Positions 1 through 10,820 of a stretch of DNA of 32,000 nucleotides are shown one piece after another; position 1 is the stretch's first letter, and the number at the start of each line of letters is the position of its first letter. The notes beneath the pieces were generated by a model. It saw only the letters and a list, made by a program, of their open reading frames with translations. It did not search any database and was not told the origin of the DNA. The position numbers were made by a program, and so were the translations under genes. The DNA comes from Methanosalsum zhilinae DSM 4017 (GTDB taxonomy: Archaea > Halobacteriota > Methanosarcinia > Methanosarcinales > Methanosarcinaceae): assembly GCF_000217995.1 (NCBI RefSeq), contig NC_015676.1, positions 256,103-288,102 on the forward strand. Direction: 5' to 3'.

Positions 1-897
1 TCCTGCGTATGCAAGAGGCTGTGAACTGGCCTGACTGGCGGATTCAAGATGTGAGGATATGTGGTTTACTTCCTTCTGGAGCTTGCTGTTTGCATCCTGC
101 ACTTCATTTAGCTGGTATTCAAGTTCACTGACCCGGCTATCATGCGAAGGATTTGCCCACAGGGTCATTGTGGTTCTGTATGCCGTGTATTCATAGTGTG
201 TGCCTTCCCATGTCCCGGGTTCTTCCACAGCAAACTGCCCCTGAACCTGCCACATTCCTGGTTTGTCTATGGTAACTGAGAATATTCCATTTTCATCCGT
301 TTTTCCTGCCTGGTTCTGGCTGTGGATATCCTGATCTGCAGGAGCTGCCATATATGTGCCCTCAATTGGTTCTCCATTAAACAGAATCTGAGCCTTGAAG
401 GTATCTCCTGATCTTAGATTATAGGGATTTACCAGAGGTACCACATCAAATTCAATATCTGGTGTTAGATACCAGTTTTCCTGTGTGCCTGCATTAATTA
501 CTGTCTTTGCATGTTCAACTGTTAATCTTGGTTCGTCAGGTCCACCGTGTGATTTTGGATTGTAGACTGAAGGCTGTCTTTCTGCAACCAGAATGTAGTC
601 TCCAGGCTGCTCCAGTATAATCTGCACTAGCCAGTAATTGTCTCTGGCTTCCGGATCAAGATTGTAAGAAGTTCCATCCGGTGTGTAGATCATTATATCC
701 CTCATATCTGCAAGGTAGAATGATTCAGGATCATCCGGATGTCCAAAAAGAATTTTTGCATCAATCTCATGTGGTGTGTTGACAGGTATTCCTGGACTGG
801 TATCAGTTTCTATATACAGGTTATGTGCACATGCCAGAGGCATGATCATCAGCAGTACCAGTAATGAAATTAATCCTTTTTTATATACATTTTTCAT
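1..897 (-). CDS. Secreted DUF4198-like protein (nickel-uptake periplasmic-component-like), C-terminus cut by window edge
   Basis: My own minus-strand translation, absent from the supplied track because it runs off the window. ATG at 897..895 gives MKNVYKKGLISLLVLLMIMPLACA/HNLYIETDTSPGIPVNTPHEIDAKILFGHPDD..., open for 299 codons to base 1. It has a signal peptide followed by His, a beta-rich body, and a heptad-like tail (SELEYQLNEVQDANSKLQKEV). Family assignment is from memory of DUF4198 architecture. Confidence 0.6.
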   Translation of the reverse strand, partial: MKNVYKKGLISLLVLLMIMPLACAHNLYIETDTSPGIPVNTPHEIDAKILFGHPDDPESFYLADMRDIMIYTPDGTSYNLDPEARDNYWLVQIILEQPGDYILVAERQPSVYNPKSHGGPDEPRLTVEHAKTVINAGTQENWYLTPDIEFDVVPLVNPYNLRSGDTFKAQILFNGEPIEGTYMAAPADQDIHSQNQAGKTDENGIFSVTIDKPGMWQVQGQFAVEEPGTWEGTHYEYTAYRTTMTLWANPSHDSRVSELEYQLNEVQDANSKLQKEVNHISSHLESASQASSQPLAYAG

Positions 898-1088
898 ACA
901 ATCGCCTTGGTTTTCTTTTCTATAGTTAATACATGTAAACTTCAAATAATTACTAAGTGCTACGATTTATAAAAAACGTATTAAATGTATAAATATCTAT
1001 CTTTTCAGACTGCAATACATTACTCAGGGATTCACATGAATATTTCAATCACAAAATATATGATATACATTAAACACTACATAAGTGA

Positions 1089-3806
1089 ATGAATTTTCAG
1101 TTACTGGATGCAGACTATATACGAAAGGACAACTCGCCTATAATACGTCTTTTTGGAAGGGGTGATGATGGCAGAAGCATATGCTGCCTTGTACCTGGAT
1201 TTGAACCATATTTCTATGCCAGGCCGTCTACAGTAAATAGCCATGATGAACTCATCAGAGCCCTTGAACAGAACTTTAACTCAATTAAAAGAGTAGAACT
1301 TGTGGAAAAATTTGAGCCGGTTGGATATCAGAAATCACGTAAAAAAATGTTGAAGATCGTAACCTATGATCCACAGAATGTTCCTGAAATAAGGGATGAT
1401 GTTGTCAGTTTTCCGGGTATAGAAGAGGTATATGAAACCGATATTCTCTTTCGAAACAGGTATCTGGTCGATCAGGGCATCCACGGCATGAAATGGGTAC
1501 ATGCTGACACTTCTTCTGATATTGATCATTCCATGGATTGTGATGAGTTAGTTACCTCTACCAGGATAGAAGAGGTGGATAGGATAGATAGCGCACCTCT
1601 CAGGCATTTTGCCTTTGATATCGAATGTCTGCCCATAAATGGGGGAATGCCTGTACCCGAGCAATCTCCGGTGATCATGATAAGTCTGTCCTTTGAGCCT
1701 GAATTCAGGGGTATGAAGTCTATTGTACTGCTTGGAAGGAGTCTGGATGATGCAGGTGATGGTGTTGAGGTTCTTGGAGATGAACCTGCTCTATTGAATC
1801 GTTTTTTTGAGATATTTCGTGAATACGATCCTGATGTGGTCACAGGCTACAATATCAACGATTTTGATATTCCCTACATTGTGGACAGGATAAAAACACT
1901 CCAGTCTTCCGGGATCACAATCAATTCAGCGTGTGGAAGGGATGGCAGGCCTCTGGATTATCGCAAGATTGGTATCAGGTCAATGGTCTCAATCACAGGA
2001 AGGATTGTGGCAGATTCCCTCCCAATAATACGCCAGCAATTCAGTCTTAAGAGGTATAATCTCCAGACCGTTTCCAGAGAACTTCTGGATATGGAAAAGC
2101 TGGACGTTTCACCACAGCAGATGGAAGAGTACTGGCTGGATAGCGGAGAAAAGATTCGCAAGTTCATTGATTATGCTCGCAGGGACTCGGAACTTGCAAT
2201 GGAACTGCTTCTTAAACTCAGATTACTTGATAAATTTGTGGCTCTGGCACAGATCAGTGGATCACTGCCCCAGGAGATTCTGGAAGGAGGGCAGACCTCA
2301 ATGGTGGAAAACCTTCTTCTGCGTGAGTTCAGGAAACACGACTATGTACTTCCTCCAAGACCGGATGAAAATATAGTTTCCAGCAGGAACAGGGAAAGTG
2401 AAGGTCTAAAGGGTGGAGAGGTTCTGGAGCCGAAGAAGGGACTGCTGGAAAAAGTTGTTATACTGGACTATAAATCACTTTATCCCACTATAATGATGGC
2501 TCACAATCTCTGCTACACAACTGTTATTGACATAGAAAGGCCAGATGGAAATATAATAAAACCACCTTCGGGTGGTGAATTTGTAAGTGCAGAGGTATTT
2601 CGTGGTATTGTGCCATCCATTCTGGAAAATCTGTTAAACAGACGTACAGAGACCAAGGGTCTCATGAAGGGGGCAAAGACTGAAGATGAGTACAGGGTCT
2701 ATGATGCAACCCAGCTGGCACTAAAAATACTCCTGAATAGTTTTTATGGTTATTCTGGTTATACAAGGGCAAGATTATACAGTCTGGCGCTTGCCAATGC
2801 AGTTACCAGTTTTGGCAGAGAAAATATTTTAAAAACCCGCAGTGTGGTAGAGAAAGAGATTGAGACTGTCATATTAAGAGAGGGAAAAGCCTACCTTAAG
2901 GAAGAGGTCACTTCCAAAGATACTGATGATGTGATTGTGAAGCTTTCTGTTGTGTATGGGGATACAGATAGTGTTTTTGTGCAATGCAGCTCTGAAACCA
3001 ACCTTGAACTTGAAGATGTTGAACTTGTAGGAAACAGGATTGCAGGTATCGTATCCCATTCTCTTCCTGATCCCATGGAACTGGAATTTGAATCTATTGC
3101 AGAGAGGGCGCTTTTTATTGCCAAGAAGAGGTATGCACTATGGATGTTTGAACGTTCGGGTACAGAATGGTCCGAAAGCATAAAGGTCAAGGGCATGGAA
3201 ACTGTCAGACGTGACTGGTGTGAGCTTACATCCAGGACTCTCAATTCAGTACTTGAGCTGATCCTCAAGGAAGGTGATGTTGAAAAAGCAATGGAATATG
3301 TCCGTGGAGTTGTTGATCGGGTTAGAAATATCGATGTTGCCAATGATCCAGAAATAATTGATGATCTGGTTCTGACACGCATGTACTCAAAGAGCATGGG
3401 CAGCTACAAGAACAAACAGCCTCATCTGACTGTAATTGAAAAAATGAAGAAAAGGACGGGTGCTGCACCTTCGATAGGTGAGAGGATACCTTTTGTGATA
3501 GTTGCTGGAAAAGATCTTTTTGTAAATAGAGCGGAAGATCCGGATTACGTACGTCAGAATAATATTTCTCTGGATGTTGATTATTATATAAAGAAGCAGA
3601 TATTACCTCCTGTTAGCCGGATACTTAGTGCGTTTGGTGTTGATGAAGCGGCACTGGATTATGATTCTAAACAAAAAGGACTCTTTGAATTCTCACCGTC
3701 CTCTGAAAAAAAATTATCAGATCAACTGCAGAGGAGAAAAAAAGGAACAGCTGAAGATCATGATTCAGGTAATCGCAAATCTCAGAGTTCCCTGTTCGAT
3801 TTCTGA
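1089..3806 (+). CDS. polB: Family B DNA polymerase (PolB)
   Basis: 905 aa. Exonuclease motifs FDIE and YNINDFDIPY, polymerase motifs KILLNSFYGY and YGDTDS. No intein-sized insertion. An AT-rich TATA-like element about 25-35 nt upstream suggests a short or absent leader. Confidence 0.95.
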   Translation: MNFQLLDADYIRKDNSPIIRLFGRGDDGRSICCLVPGFEPYFYARPSTVNSHDELIRALEQNFNSIKRVELVEKFEPVGYQKSRKKMLKIVTYDPQNVPEIRDDVVSFPGIEEVYETDILFRNRYLVDQGIHGMKWVHADTSSDIDHSMDCDELVTSTRIEEVDRIDSAPLRHFAFDIECLPINGGMPVPEQSPVIMISLSFEPEFRGMKSIVLLGRSLDDAGDGVEVLGDEPALLNRFFEIFREYDPDVVTGYNINDFDIPYIVDRIKTLQSSGITINSACGRDGRPLDYRKIGIRSMVSITGRIVADSLPIIRQQFSLKRYNLQTVSRELLDMEKLDVSPQQMEEYWLDSGEKIRKFIDYARRDSELAMELLLKLRLLDKFVALAQISGSLPQEILEGGQTSMVENLLLREFRKHDYVLPPRPDENIVSSRNRESEGLKGGEVLEPKKGLLEKVVILDYKSLYPTIMMAHNLCYTTVIDIERPDGNIIKPPSGGEFVSAEVFRGIVPSILENLLNRRTETKGLMKGAKTEDEYRVYDATQLALKILLNSFYGYSGYTRARLYSLALANAVTSFGRENILKTRSVVEKEIETVILREGKAYLKEEVTSKDTDDVIVKLSVVYGDTDSVFVQCSSETNLELEDVELVGNRIAGIVSHSLPDPMELEFESIAERALFIAKKRYALWMFERSGTEWSESIKVKGMETVRRDWCELTSRTLNSVLELILKEGDVEKAMEYVRGVVDRVRNIDVANDPEIIDDLVLTRMYSKSMGSYKNKQPHLTVIEKMKKRTGAAPSIGERIPFVIVAGKDLFVNRAEDPDYVRQNNISLDVDYYIKKQILPPVSRILSAFGVDEAALDYDSKQKGLFEFSPSSEKKLSDQLQRRKKGTAEDHDSGNRKSQSSLFDF

Positions 3807-3925
3807 TTACTTTTTGTCATTAAATTCTGGCTGGCGGATAATTTTATTCTTTTCTCTGCAAAGAACTGGACTATTTTCTGTAGCTCCAATAAAAATATGT
3901 AGGTAGATCGTATTATCTGTTTAGT

Positions 3926-5296
3926 ATGCCGGATATACTCATCAAAAACACAAAGGTATTCTATAAAAATTATCTCCAGCCAGGTGAGATAGTTATAGAG
4001 GATGGAAAAATTAAAAAAATTGGAAAGGATATCCGTCTGTCTAATGTTGATCGGGTGATCGATGCAAAAGGTGGACTGACAATTCCTTCGGGTATTGATG
4101 CCCATGTACATTTCAGAGAACCTGGATTGACATATAAGGAAGATTGGTTCACAGGCTCCTGTTCTGCTGCAGCAGGAGGCATTACAACTGTGATAGATCA
4201 CCCAAATACTGTCCCTGCAACCATTGATCGAAAATCGTTCAATAGCAAGCTGAGGATCGCCCGCAGAAAGTGTATTGTGGATTTTGGGATCAATGGTGGG
4301 GTATGCAAGAACACGGAAAAACTATCTGAACTATGGGAGCTTGGAGTTACTGCTTTTGGTGAAATATTTATGGCCGAATCTACAGGGGAATTAAATATTG
4401 GTAGTGATACATTAAACCATGCCCTGGAGATAATACATGATCTTGGTGCTGTTGCCTGTATTCATGCAGAAAATGAATCAATGAGACTGAAGAACCAGAA
4501 ACTGTTAAAGGATGATATGTCTGCAATGTCCCATTCAAGGGAAAGGCCCAATATGTGTGAAGCCGTGGCTGTGGAACAGGCCCTCAAGATGCTTCAGGCA
4601 CATTTGATGCGTGCCCATTTCTGCCATATAAGTACCAGAGAGGGTCTGGGTCTTATCCGCAGAGAGAAATATATATCCCAAAAATCAGGAGAGATGAACA
4701 TTACCTGTGAGGTTGCCCCTCATCATCTCTTTCTTTCAACAAAGGACTGGGATCGTCTTGGTTCATTTGGTAAAATGAATCCTCCTCTAAGAGACCGCTC
4801 CAGTGTAAAGATACTTTTGAATTCATTAAACGATGGTACTGTGGACATGGTAGCATCTGACCATGCTCCCCATCTTGAACACGAAAAGGATGTGGACATA
4901 AAAAGTGCTCCCTCAGGAGTTCCGGGTGTGGAGACTCTGATGCCCCTGATGCTGGCAGCTGTAAAAAAGAACCTCTTGCCGCTTGGTAGGATGATAGAAG
5001 TTACCAGTACCAACCCTGCAAGCATTTTCGGACTGGATCGACATTGTAAGGGAAAATTTGCAGAAGGCTTTGATGCTGATCTGATCATAGTCAACCATGG
5101 TGAAATGGTTCCTGTATCCGCTGATAACCTGCACAGTAAAGCAGGATGGACTCCATATGAAGGTATGGATGCTATTTTTCCTGACATAACCATTTCCAGG
5201 GGTGAGATAATCTGGGATGGAGAGATTGTCGGCAAACGGGGACGTGGAAAGTTTTTGCCTGGTAAAGGTTATGCTATGGACATAGAGTCCCCATAA
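3926..5296 (+). CDS. pyrC: Dihydroorotase (amidohydrolase superfamily)
   Basis: 456 aa. Metal-binding GIDAHVHFREPG (HxH), CIHAE, and ASDHAPH near the C-terminal half, typical of dihydroorotase/allantoinase-type amidohydrolases. Confidence 0.85.
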   Translation: MPDILIKNTKVFYKNYLQPGEIVIEDGKIKKIGKDIRLSNVDRVIDAKGGLTIPSGIDAHVHFREPGLTYKEDWFTGSCSAAAGGITTVIDHPNTVPATIDRKSFNSKLRIARRKCIVDFGINGGVCKNTEKLSELWELGVTAFGEIFMAESTGELNIGSDTLNHALEIIHDLGAVACIHAENESMRLKNQKLLKDDMSAMSHSRERPNMCEAVAVEQALKMLQAHLMRAHFCHISTREGLGLIRREKYISQKSGEMNITCEVAPHHLFLSTKDWDRLGSFGKMNPPLRDRSSVKILLNSLNDGTVDMVASDHAPHLEHEKDVDIKSAPSGVPGVETLMPLMLAAVKKNLLPLGRMIEVTSTNPASIFGLDRHCKGKFAEGFDADLIIVNHGEMVPVSADNLHSKAGWTPYEGMDAIFPDITISRGEIIWDGEIVGKRGRGKFLPGKGYAMDIESP

Positions 5297-5359
5297 ATAA
5301 GCAGGTTATGAACATAAAACCATAAAAGCTTTATAAGGACTATACAATACATTCATTGA

Positions 5360-6274
5360 ATGGCAAGAAACAAGTTACCTATTCATACCACTTTAAGTTC
5401 AGATGCCATAAGGATTCTGGAGAGATATGAAAAGGAAATGGGTGCAAAAAACCTGGTTCTTGAAAAAGCTCTTATGGGACTGGATAGTTCGCGCTTTAAA
5501 GGGAAATTCGATGCAGGAAATATTGACCGTGTAATCAAACGAATTTCTACCGGAGTTGAAGGGCTGGATGAGATTCTGGAAGGCGGGATCCCTAAAGGTT
5601 TCCTGGTTATTGTGACAGGGCCACCTGGAACCGGTAAGACCACATTTTGCATGCAGGCACTTATTGAAGGTGCCCGCAATCGCGAAAAGTGCATATTTTT
5701 TTCCTTTGAGGAAAGAGTTGAACAGCTTGTGCAGCATTTCCTTAGATTTGGATGTGATGTGGGTGAGTTCATTGATGAAGGGTACCTTGAAATATTCGGG
5801 ATGTCGAAGCTGACATCTGAGGAGATAATGGAAATCATACAGTTCTATAATCCTGAACGGGTTGCATTTGATTCCATGAATGTTTTGACAAATGGGGATG
5901 AGTTTAGGTCATCGGGGTCATGGCGATCCCTTCACCGACTGCTTAAGAGCAATAAAATTACCACTTTTTTTATTACTGAAAAGAAACACGGGATAAATAC
6001 TAAAAAATTTGATAACTTTGATTTTCTGGGTGACGGTATAATTTTTCTTGATTCTATTCCAACAAATGAAATAGATTCCACACCAATGCCAGTTATTGCA
6101 ATTCAAAAAATGCGAGCCACCCGGATAGATCGCACTCTACAACCGTTTAAATTCACTGATCGGGGAATATCCCGTTATAGGGTAATAAGGACTCCTTCAT
6201 GTGGACTTTCCCGCTCGCAGAATGGTAAAAACAAGCAGAGATCTTCAGACAATGGCATTGAGTCTGTAAGATGA
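5360..6274 (+). CDS. KaiC/RecA-superfamily ATPase with N-terminal ribbon-helix-helix-like extension
   Basis: 304 aa. GVEGLDEILEGGIPKGFLVIVTGPPGTGKTTFCMQ (Walker A at nt 5618..5641) and Walker-B-like ERVAFDS. The N-terminal ~45 aa (PIHTTLSSDAIRILERYEKEMGAKNLVLEKALMGL) has a strand-helix-helix pattern. Confidence 0.75.
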   Translation: MARNKLPIHTTLSSDAIRILERYEKEMGAKNLVLEKALMGLDSSRFKGKFDAGNIDRVIKRISTGVEGLDEILEGGIPKGFLVIVTGPPGTGKTTFCMQALIEGARNREKCIFFSFEERVEQLVQHFLRFGCDVGEFIDEGYLEIFGMSKLTSEEIMEIIQFYNPERVAFDSMNVLTNGDEFRSSGSWRSLHRLLKSNKITTFFITEKKHGINTKKFDNFDFLGDGIIFLDSIPTNEIDSTPMPVIAIQKMRATRIDRTLQPFKFTDRGISRYRVIRTPSCGLSRSQNGKNKQRSSDNGIESVR

Positions 6275-6281
6275 GTTCCGG

Positions 6282-6992
6282 TCAGATAAAATAAGATAGC
6301 AGACCTGCGATAAGTACTGTGAAGTATATAGCCGGAAAGTTCCCTGCTCCTCCAAGACTGATGTATGCACTCCCTTTTTTCTCGCGGTTGAATGTAAGGA
6401 TCGAAACCAGGGTTCCTATAAATATCCCTGCAATGGCTGATATGTATGTAATCTCTGCAACATGGGAGGGATCCACCATCAGTGCAAATGGAATTGCGAT
6501 CAGAGGGGTATGGTCTGGAATAACAACTCCTACACCACTGATCATCTCGCTGATAAGTACAACTGCAATGATCATTATCAATGTTAGCAACAGAGCTACT
6601 GTGGTGAGGTGGGTCGATAGAAGATAGAGTAGTGCAATAAGGGGGACAATGAATCCTCCTGCATTAACTGTGACGGCGGTGTCAAATGTTCTCTGGCTTC
6701 CTGTGCTTAGCTCTTCCAGAACCGGAACTGCATATATATGTTCAAGGGCCAGCGCATCCCGTGACAGGTGAACAGGCTTTTTTGTGCGCATTCTGTATAC
6801 TGGTATTTCTAGGTTACTAAAGATCAGCATAAGAACAAGTATAAGGAAAAGGGGCAGTGAAGATATATCCCCAATTGAAAGTTTTTCATGATAACTCAGA
6901 ACTGCAACTGGAATAAGGGCAGTACAAAAAATGGCAAGTCTGCGGGAGTTTTGAATGTTTATGTATTTTCTCATCATACATCTCCTGATCAA
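6282..6992 (-). CDS. Polytopic integral membrane protein (possibly DUF1614-like)
   Basis: 236 aa with at least 5-6 hydrophobic segments. Lies 41 nt downstream of the KH-protein gene on the same strand. Family name is a low-confidence recollection. The start could be one of the internal Met codons (M6/M7). Confidence 0.6.
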   Translation of the reverse strand: MIRRCMMRKYINIQNSRRLAIFCTALIPVAVLSYHEKLSIGDISSLPLFLILVLMLIFSNLEIPVYRMRTKKPVHLSRDALALEHIYAVPVLEELSTGSQRTFDTAVTVNAGGFIVPLIALLYLLSTHLTTVALLLTLIMIIAVVLISEMISGVGVVIPDHTPLIAIPFALMVDPSHVAEITYISAIAGIFIGTLVSILTFNREKKGSAYISLGGAGNFPAIYFTVLIAGLLSYFI

Positions 6993-7033
6993 TAATTTAT
7001 TTCAGCCGTTTTTGTTTCAAAATTATTGATGTT

Positions 7034-7570
7034 TCAGTAAAAGCCGTATTCCAGGTGCTGTATGTCCCGCCTCTTCTTCTCCAGAAAGCTGAAAACTGAT
7101 CCATGATCCACTCCTTTGATAAGCATATCAAAAGCAGACCTTGCAACCTGGATCTGTTCCGGATAACCGATCATGCTTACAGTTTTACCATAGATAGATA
7201 TCTTAACGCCGGTGAGGGTTTCAATGGTTGCCCGTGCCTTCCCATCTTTTCCAATAATCCTGCCCTTGAGACGTTTCAGCTCTTTCTGTGTACCAGCAAA
7301 TTGTGAAATATCTATAAAATCAAATATGAGCATTTCATCATCGAACATGTCAAGGACCTTTTCAGGATTAAATCCTCTTGCGATCGCATGTATTACATCA
7401 GCTGCACGCATTGCCTTTACAGGATCTTCACCGGGTATGACCTCAACCATGCCGCTTTCACTATCAATATCAATTGTTGCTTCACTTTTCTCTTCAATGG
7501 TCTTCTTTGTATCTCCGCCTGGGCCTATAATAACTCCGATCCGGTCCTGGGGAACTTTTATATGTGTCAT
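7034..7570 (-). CDS. Two-KH-domain RNA-binding protein (archaeal Dim2/Pno1-like)
   Basis: 178 aa with two GXXG KH signatures (IGVIIGPGGDTKKTIE and KGRIIGKDGKARATIE). Its start overlaps the Rio1 stop by 4 nt (ATGA). Confidence 0.85.
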   Translation of the reverse strand: MTHIKVPQDRIGVIIGPGGDTKKTIEEKSEATIDIDSESGMVEVIPGEDPVKAMRAADVIHAIARGFNPEKVLDMFDDEMLIFDFIDISQFAGTQKELKRLKGRIIGKDGKARATIETLTGVKISIYGKTVSMIGYPEQIQVARSAFDMLIKGVDHGSVFSFLEKKRRDIQHLEYGFY

Positions 7571-8385
7571 TTTATTTCTCCGGTACTATTCTTATTTTCT
7601 GATCGATCATTCACAATTGAAGTGTACAGATCATCTGGATCAGTATCTATTCCGTATCGTCTGAAAAATTTAAGGATATTTTCAATATCCCGTATCAGGA
7701 ATTCTTTAGCACGTGGATGTTCTGGTGTTGTGGCCTGGCCCATGTCTATGATGATTGGGGACATATTGTCTGTATCGATCATGATGTTGTATTCACTTAG
7801 ATCCGCGTGTATAAGATTTGCTTCCTGGTACAGTTTATGCATATATTCTATAAGCCGGGAAAATATATCTTCTGCCTGCTTCTGGTCTATCTCTGTATAT
7901 TTTAATAGTGGATATGAAATCCCGTCCTTTCCAAGGAATTCCATGACCAGAATGTTTCTCTCTGCAATAATGGGGTAAGGCACTCTCACACCTGCCTCAT
8001 AGGCACGTTTGAGGTTTCGGTATTCTTTCCGGGTCCATGCAAACACAATCTCACGCTTTGTATGTCTGATGTTTTTAAATCTTGGATCTCCTATGATATA
8101 TTCTTCCATAGAATTAAATGAACTGGTAGTTATCCGGTATATTTTGACTGCAATCTCGTTTTCTTTTCCATCAGCAAGAAATACGTTTGCTTCTTTGCCC
8201 CTGCTTATTATTCCTCCCATTGCCTGCAGTATTTCACGTTTTGATAGTGTGTACAGGGTTTTGAGGGCATATTCATCAAAAACGTCTTCTTTTACCTTGA
8301 GAGCATTGTCATCTTTGAACTTGATTCTCCATCTGTCAACTTTTTCATCGATTGACCTGATCTTTTTATCAATTTTCTTTTTCAT
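7567..8385 (-). CDS. rio1: RIO1-type atypical serine protein kinase
   Basis: 272 aa. Motifs ISRGKEANVFLA (nucleotide loop), IHADLSEYNIM (catalytic loop) and IIDMGQA (metal-binding loop). Starts 2 nt after the aIF1A stop. Confidence 0.9.
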   Translation of the reverse strand: MKKKIDKKIRSIDEKVDRWRIKFKDDNALKVKEDVFDEYALKTLYTLSKREILQAMGGIISRGKEANVFLADGKENEIAVKIYRITTSSFNSMEEYIIGDPRFKNIRHTKREIVFAWTRKEYRNLKRAYEAGVRVPYPIIAERNILVMEFLGKDGISYPLLKYTEIDQKQAEDIFSRLIEYMHKLYQEANLIHADLSEYNIMIDTDNMSPIIIDMGQATTPEHPRAKEFLIRDIENILKFFRRYGIDTDPDDLYTSIVNDRSENKNSTGEIK

Positions 8386-8387
8386 GA

Positions 8388-8708
8388 TTATCCTTTAAGG
8401 TATCCTTTTCTTTCAAGCCAGTCTACCTGTGGTCTTGTGTACTTCCAGATTACATCGGCCTTGGAATCCTGAAAATCCCATGGAACCGCAATGACTATAT
8501 CGCCCTCACGTATCCATGTTCTCTTTTTCATTGAACCTGGAATGCGCCCCATTCTTACAACTCCGTCCATACATCTGAGGCGAAGACGGTTTGCTCCCAG
8601 TAAACTATCGACGATTGCAAGTACTTCTCCCTTGCTTTTTTTTGGAATCCTTACTCGGGTTACCTGAGTTTCTTCCCCATTATTATTGCTATTAACTTTT
8701 CTGTCCAG
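8388..8708 (-). CDS. eif1A: Translation initiation factor aIF-1A; 5' end uncertain, proposed non-canonical CTG start
   Basis: The track ORF (8388..8570) starts at an internal Met. The same frame upstream reads ...[105 protein letters not shown], a full S1/OB aIF1A. There is no in-frame ATG/GTG/TTG between 8570 and 8840. A Shine-Dalgarno sequence AGAGGTG (minus strand, 8720..8714) lies 5 nt before the CTG at 8708..8706. Confidence 0.8.
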   Translation of the reverse strand: MDRKVNSNNNGEETQVTRVRIPKKSKGEVLAIVDSLLGANRLRLRCMDGVVRMGRIPGSMKKRTWIREGDIVIAVPWDFQDSKADVIWKYTRPQVDWLERKGYLKG

Positions 8709-8947
8709 GCTAACACCTCTATATTTTATCCTATCAGTCTTGAACTTTATATGAAAATTATCTTTAGTGTACCAGAATATGCAGGATATAGAGTTAAATG
8801 TTGCGTATATATCGTATTCTCTGGCAGGACTGGGACCGCAACTTCAGATTCGATACTTATTTATACTGGTAATGGGATGTATAGAGTCCTGCACAATATG
8901 GGTGCAGGGCTGTATTCATCAGGTAAAACTGAGAGACAGTCCATCGG

Positions 8948-8966
8948 GATAAAGCTTATATACGAT
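8948..8966 (+). promoter_or_regulatory. Candidate rRNA operon promoter (BRE/TATA)
   Basis: GATAAAGCTTATATACGAT: a purine-rich BRE-like segment plus CTTATATA. The motif recurs almost identically as AAAGTTTATATCGAT at 14056..14070. The predicted TSS near 8985-8990 would put the hairpin 8987..9001 at the transcript 5' end. Other TATA-like elements lie at 8745..8753 and 8857..8866. Confidence 0.35.
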
Positions 8967-9078
8967 ACTGAACTATACAGACAATCCCGTGCGAAGCACG
9001 GTGATATTGTCGTACAGATAATATCGAATTTATCCTTATCATCATGTAATGGAGACAGGAGTTTTTTCCTGTCTGACG

Positions 9079-9115
9079 CTGGATCTGGCAGTTCAGTTAA
9101 TTTCGGCTGGTGGTT
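9079..9115 (+). other. 16S pre-rRNA processing stem, 5' strand
   Basis: CTGGATCTGGCAGTTCAGTTAATTTCGGCTGGTGGTT pairs with 10748..10782. Helices are 9079-9091/10771-10782, 9092-9096/10763-10767, 9101-9106/10756-10761 and 9108-9115/10748-10755, separated by staggered bulges. Confidence 0.7.
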
Positions 9116-9259
9116 GTATTATCTTATATATAACTTACCAGTTTCCGTCTATGCGATGGAAGTTAACTGGATTGTGCATTGAACTCAAGTGATTGAGTTC
9201 TCCCACCAATATTCTAACAAATTCAAGATAGTGTGGTATGCAACAAAAGTGTGCATATA

Positions 9260-10737
<1,478 letters not shown>

Positions 10738-10747
10738 AAGCAAAAAA

Positions 10748-10782
10748 AACCACCACCGAAAGCTGAATGACTGCCAGACCAG
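10748..10782 (+). other. 16S pre-rRNA processing stem, 3' strand
   Basis: AACCACCACCGAAAGCTGAATGACTGCCAGACCAG, complementary to 9079..9115. Begins only 10 nt after the 16S 3' end. Confidence 0.7.
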
Positions 10783-10820
10783 TACAAAAGGACACACAGC
10801 TGGGCAGTAAAGATCCAGGA

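Noticed and set aside
1335-5235. Antisense or alternative-frame ORFs inside polB and pyrC (e.g. 2891-3397, 3782-4201, 4723-5235)
   Set aside because: All are embedded in strongly supported genes and have low-complexity translations and no start-site signals.
7103-8398. Plus-strand ORFs of 67-196 aa antisense to the KH, Rio1 and aIF1A genes
   Set aside because: These are shadow ORFs of well-supported minus-strand genes. Their translations are Ser/Phe/Ile/Leu-rich with no motifs.
9123-9130. CTTATATA TATA-like element just inside the 16S processing stem as a third rRNA promoter
   Set aside because: A transcript starting here would lack the 5' strand of the processing helix. It is kept only as a remark, since it is indistinguishable from chance AT-rich sequence.
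8751-9182. 143-aa plus-strand ORF upstream of 16S
   Set aside because: It covers the rRNA promoter/leader region and the 5' strand of the 16S processing stem. It has no SD and an odd composition, and its position is better explained as non-coding leader.
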